Shown: in pieces, positions 60,488 to 64,000 of the stretch | Position numbering within the stretch: the stretch's first letter is position 1 | How the letters are laid out: every line of letters begins with the position of its first letter | From: Dehalococcoidia bacterium | GTDB taxonomy: Bacteria > Chloroflexota > Dehalococcoidia > Lucifugimonadales > UBA3495 | Assembly: GCA_965215975.1 (NCBI GenBank) | Contig: OZ244136.1 | Span: forward strand, 1,556,516 to 1,620,515 | Reading direction: 5' to 3' | Length of the DNA: 64,000 nucleotides | Notes under the pieces: model-generated | Told to the model about the DNA's origin: nothing | Seen by the model: only the letters and a program-made list of their open reading frames with translations | Databases searched by the model: none | Made by a program: the position numbers and the translations under genes

Positions 60488-62764
60488 CTACCCCGCAGCC
60501 ACGCCATCAATCAGCACAACTCCCGAATCCAACAGGGCTTGGTAGCGGCTTCCCAGGCCATGTTCTTCCAGAATCTCCCGGGCGTGGGAACCAGGCTTGG
60601 GGGCAGGAATGCCCGGGCGCACCGGGGTGCGCGACAGTCGCGGCGCAGGACCGCAGGTTGTCACCATTCCCAATTCGTCGTGCTCCCGAGTGATGCTAAG
60701 GCCGTGGGACTCCACCCAGGGGTCGGTCATCAGTTCCCTGACGTTGGTGACAACCCGCTGCGCGCCGATACCGGCAGCGGCCAGTCGCTCTACCCAGAAC
60801 GCCACGCTGTTCCCCTGGAACCGCTCTTCCAGCGACGAAGCCAGGGCATCCCCCTGAAGGGAATCTACTCCAGACAGTCCCTCCAGGCCTGAAAGCATTG
60901 ACAGGTCCGATGCCTGGGCTCCAACAAAGAACCAGCCGTCACTGGCCTGGTAGGCCCGATGCAGCGGACCGGTTCCCAGGGCGTCCTGCCCGCTGGTCTC
61001 GTTCCACTGCTTGCCCTCGTAAAGCTGCATGAAGGGCGATTGCAGCGTCATGGCGGTGTAGGCCAGGGCTGAGTCTATATGCTGGCCCTCTCCGGTGCGC
61101 TGCCGGTGCAGCAGGGCAAGAGCCACCCCGTAGGCGCCCATGAAACCCGTCCCGTAGTCGTTCACCGGATTGGGCTGCGACTCGGGCATACCGTCGCCGC
61201 CGAAGCGACGGGTCATCCCGGAAGTGGCCTGGGCAAAGCCCTCGTGACCGGGACGCTCCGCCCAGGGGCCGATGTGCCCGTAAGCGTTCAATGAAGCGTA
61301 GATTATGTCGGGCTTGCGCTTTCGCACTTCCTCGTACCCCAGGCCCAGCCTTTCCAGCCTGCCGGCCCGGTAGTTCTGGGCCACCACGTCGGCATCCTCC
61401 AGCAGCTTCCAGAAGACGTCGCGCCCCTCTTCAGATTTCAGGTCCAGCAGGATACTGCGCTTGCCCCGGTTGATGTCGTTATGCCGGGCCACGGTGGAGC
61501 CGCGGCTGGGGTTATCTATCTTGATAACATTGGCCCCGTATTCGGCCAGCGTCCGGCCCATAGTCGGGCCGGCCAGGATAATGCACAGGTCCAGCACCTT
61601 CACCCCGTCAAGGGCGGAACGCATGGCGTCCTGGTGCACCGGCGCCTCGGAAGCGGGACGAGGCCTCAACTCCGCGAGGATTTCTCCCCGGTGCTGGTCG
61701 GGAGTGGGAGCCGGGCCGCGCACGCTGCCCGGTGTCAACGACATGCGGGCGTTGATTCCCGGCTGCAGCATCTTGCCGTAGGCGGGGTCGTCTAATTCCA
61801 CCACCATCTGGGCCGCGCGGGTGTGGGGATGGTCAAACCACTCGGCGCTGGTGCGGCAGACCGCCCCCTCGCTGCCCGCCTCGGCGATCAGGTCTTCCCA
61901 TTCCTGGGCGGTACGAGTCAGGAAGAGTGCCTGAATCCGCTGCTGTGCCTCGCCGCGGAATTGGGGGCCGTCCAGAGGACGGTCAAAGTCGGTAAGCCCC
62001 TCGTCATCCCACGATGTAATCCCGGCCGCTTCAACAAAATTCCGGAAGTTCTGGTTACCAGAGCCGCCGAATCGCACGTACTCGCCGTCGCTGCACTGGT
62101 AGATGCCGCCCCACAACTCTTGCAGTGTCGGAATCGAAGGCGGAGCGTTGTGCACCCGCACTCCGAAACGCCCCAGGGACTGGAACATGCTGTCGAAAAG
62201 GGGGATTTCAATTCGCTGCCCCAAGCCATCTCGCTCCCGGGCGTTCAGGGCAACGACGATGGCCACCACCGACTGGAAGGCCCCATAGACCGAGGCGATG
62301 GGAATGGCCGTGTAAACCGGACGCGGGCTACTGGCGTTGGGCGGTCGGAAGGTGGCCGCCGCCGCTCCCACCACTCCTTCGTAAGCCGGCATGGCCGCCC
62401 TGGGATCGTCCGACGCAAATCCCGGAATGGAGCAGTAGACCAGGCGGGGGTTGGCCCGAGTCATCTCCTCGGGGCCCAGCCTCAACCGGTCCATAGTCCC
62501 GGGCCGGAAGTTTTCGACCACCACATCGGCGCCCTGTATAAGGGACTGAGCGGTGGCCAAGTCATCGGCCTGCTTGAGGTCCAGGGTTATGCTTCGCTTG
62601 CCCCGGTTCCACGTCGAGTTGGCCGGGGTATTCCAGCGGGGTCCGCCGGGTGGGTCAACCCGGATAACGTCGGCGCCCTGGTCCGCCAGCAACATCCCTG
62701 CCAAGGGCCCGGAAATGTACTGTCCAAAGTCAATTACCCTTATGTGTTCCAGCGTTCCCGCCAT
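60488..62764 (-). CDS. CaiB/BaiF family III CoA-transferase, two fused domains
   Basis: NRGKRS twice, ENFRPG and QNYRAG; start set at MAGTLE. Confidence 0.9.
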   Translation of the reverse strand: MAGTLEHIRVIDFGQYISGPLAGMLLADQGADVIRVDPPGGPRWNTPANSTWNRGKRSITLDLKQADDLATAQSLIQGADVVVENFRPGTMDRLRLGPEEMTRANPRLVYCSIPGFASDDPRAAMPAYEGVVGAAAATFRPPNASSPRPVYTAIPIASVYGAFQSVVAIVVALNARERDGLGQRIEIPLFDSMFQSLGRFGVRVHNAPPSIPTLQELWGGIYQCSDGEYVRFGGSGNQNFRNFVEAAGITSWDDEGLTDFDRPLDGPQFRGEAQQRIQALFLTRTAQEWEDLIAEAGSEGAVCRTSAEWFDHPHTRAAQMVVELDDPAYGKMLQPGINARMSLTPGSVRGPAPTPDQHRGEILAELRPRPASEAPVHQDAMRSALDGVKVLDLCIILAGPTMGRTLAEYGANVIKIDNPSRGSTVARHNDINRGKRSILLDLKSEEGRDVFWKLLEDADVVAQNYRAGRLERLGLGYEEVRKRKPDIIYASLNAYGHIGPWAERPGHEGFAQATSGMTRRFGGDGMPESQPNPVNDYGTGFMGAYGVALALLHRQRTGEGQHIDSALAYTAMTLQSPFMQLYEGKQWNETSGQDALGTGPLHRAYQASDGWFFVGAQASDLSMLSGLEGLSGVDSLQGDALASSLEERFQGNSVAFWVERLAAAGIGAQRVVTNVRELMTDPWVESHGLSITREHDELGMVTTCGPAPRLSRTPVRPGIPAPKPGSHAREILEEHGLGSRYQALLDSGVVLIDGVAAG

Positions 62765-63036
62765 GTCTGGACCTCCCTCTGGTTGGCTGAAGAGATTGGC
62801 TCCGTGAATGAAGGGTAGGCTAGCACTGTGGGTATGGGCGGTCAACCGCCGGCTTCGGAACAAGGTGACATCACATCCGTGGCGACTGGGCCATTCAATA
62901 TATCGCTTGGAATCACAAAATTGACCCTGTCGGTATGGGTCAATATAATGGGCGGAGTCCACGGCAGCAGCGGGCCTTTGCCCAGGCAGCGGAAACCGTG
63001 GCTGCCAGGTTCACAGCATACGTGAGGAGGACTTTC

Positions 63037-63555
63037 ATGGTTGAACAGCAGGCAGCGGTCCTGAGCCCCGAAAACCTGATAGAGGAGTTCAAGAAGAACG
63101 GTGTCACCCATGTGGTGACCATTCCTGACAGCGAGACCAACTACCTTTATGAGTTGATGAAGGAGCAGCCCTGGCTGGACATTGTCCCTGCTTCCCGAGA
63201 AGGTGAGACATTCGCCATAGCCCTGGGGCTGATAATTGGCGGCAAGAAGCCGGTGTGCCTGATTCAGAACACGGGCATGATGGAATCGGGCGACTCCATC
63301 AGGGGTATGGCCCTGGACTCCGGTTTCCCACTGGTTATGGTGGTAGGCTATCGTGGCTGGAACCGCCACGGCGTAATAACCGACTCGGTGGCCCGCTATA
63401 CCGAGCCGTTCCTGAACGCCTATCGCATCAACTACTACCTGGTGGAGCAGGACGCCGACGCTGAGCGTATCTCCACAGCCTTCGAGGAGGCGCGGACTAC
63501 CAAGCGGCCCGTAGCTATCCTGGTGGGCGACGAATACCACGGGTTCAACCGCTAG
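63037..63555 (+). CDS. Sulfopyruvate/phosphonopyruvate decarboxylase alpha subunit-like (ComD-like)
   Basis: IPDS, SREGE, QNTG, GYRG. Confidence 0.82.
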   Translation: MVEQQAAVLSPENLIEEFKKNGVTHVVTIPDSETNYLYELMKEQPWLDIVPASREGETFAIALGLIIGGKKPVCLIQNTGMMESGDSIRGMALDSGFPLVMVVGYRGWNRHGVITDSVARYTEPFLNAYRINYYLVEQDADAERISTAFEEARTTKRPVAILVGDEYHGFNR

Positions 63556-63670
63556 GCGGATAACCCCTCGCAAAAATTATTGCTCCACCTGCGCCCTGCC
63601 AGCCGGGGTACGTCATTCCAGGGCGGGATGGGAGTCGGAGCAAGCTATAACCACTTAAGGGAGGCAAAGA

Positions 63671-64000
63671 ATGATTCAGTCCACGGACGTATTCCGAGCA
63701 TTCCAGGAACACCGGGGCGATGCTATCGTGATTCCCACCGGCACTTCCGGTCGCCACTGGCGGGAAGTCAGCACCAACGAGAACCGGGACCTCAATCTGG
63801 GTGGAGCAATGGGCCAGACCACCTCGGCGGCCCTGGGACTGGCCCTGGGACTGCCCGACGAAAAGGTGGTGCTGTTCGATTCCGAAGGCGCGCTGCTGAT
63901 GAACCTGGGGATACTGGCTACTATCGCCGGCAAGCAGCCGCAAAACTTCTGTCACATTTTGTTGGACAATGAGTGCTACGCTACCACCGGAGGGCAGCCG
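63671..64000 (+). CDS. TPP-binding beta subunit (ComE-like), truncated by window end
   Basis: GAMG, DSEGALLMNLG, LDNECYATTGGQP; AGGGAGG RBS. Confidence 0.82.
   Translation, partial: MIQSTDVFRAFQEHRGDAIVIPTGTSGRHWREVSTNENRDLNLGGAMGQTTSAALGLALGLPDEKVVLFDSEGALLMNLGILATIAGKQPQNFCHILLDNECYATTGGQP

Overview
GC-rich bacterial window whose gene content (four luciferase-like monooxygenases, three SDRs, VOC proteins, MetE-II, double-domain CoA-transferase, ComDE-like decarboxylase) strongly resembles SAR202-type Dehalococcoidia (inference). About 50 mostly catabolic CDSs, two toxin-antitoxin pairs plus an orphan antitoxin, a circularly permuted ATP-grasp/transglutaminase/alpha-E operon, a frameshifted IS1182-type element and several REP-like families. 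Most notable: (1) an OsmC-like gene split by an in-frame UGA at the catalytic Cys position and followed by a SECIS-like hairpin (probable selenoprotein); (2) two homologous non-coding loci, each with the same operator/promoter-like leader followed by about 200-nt tandem units; (3) a ~400-nt ORF-free region with nested helices (candidate large ncRNA); (4) a 443-bp transposase-less cassette with terminal inverted repeats and a passenger gene, inserted into a REP. All protein calls come from motif recognition, not database searches.
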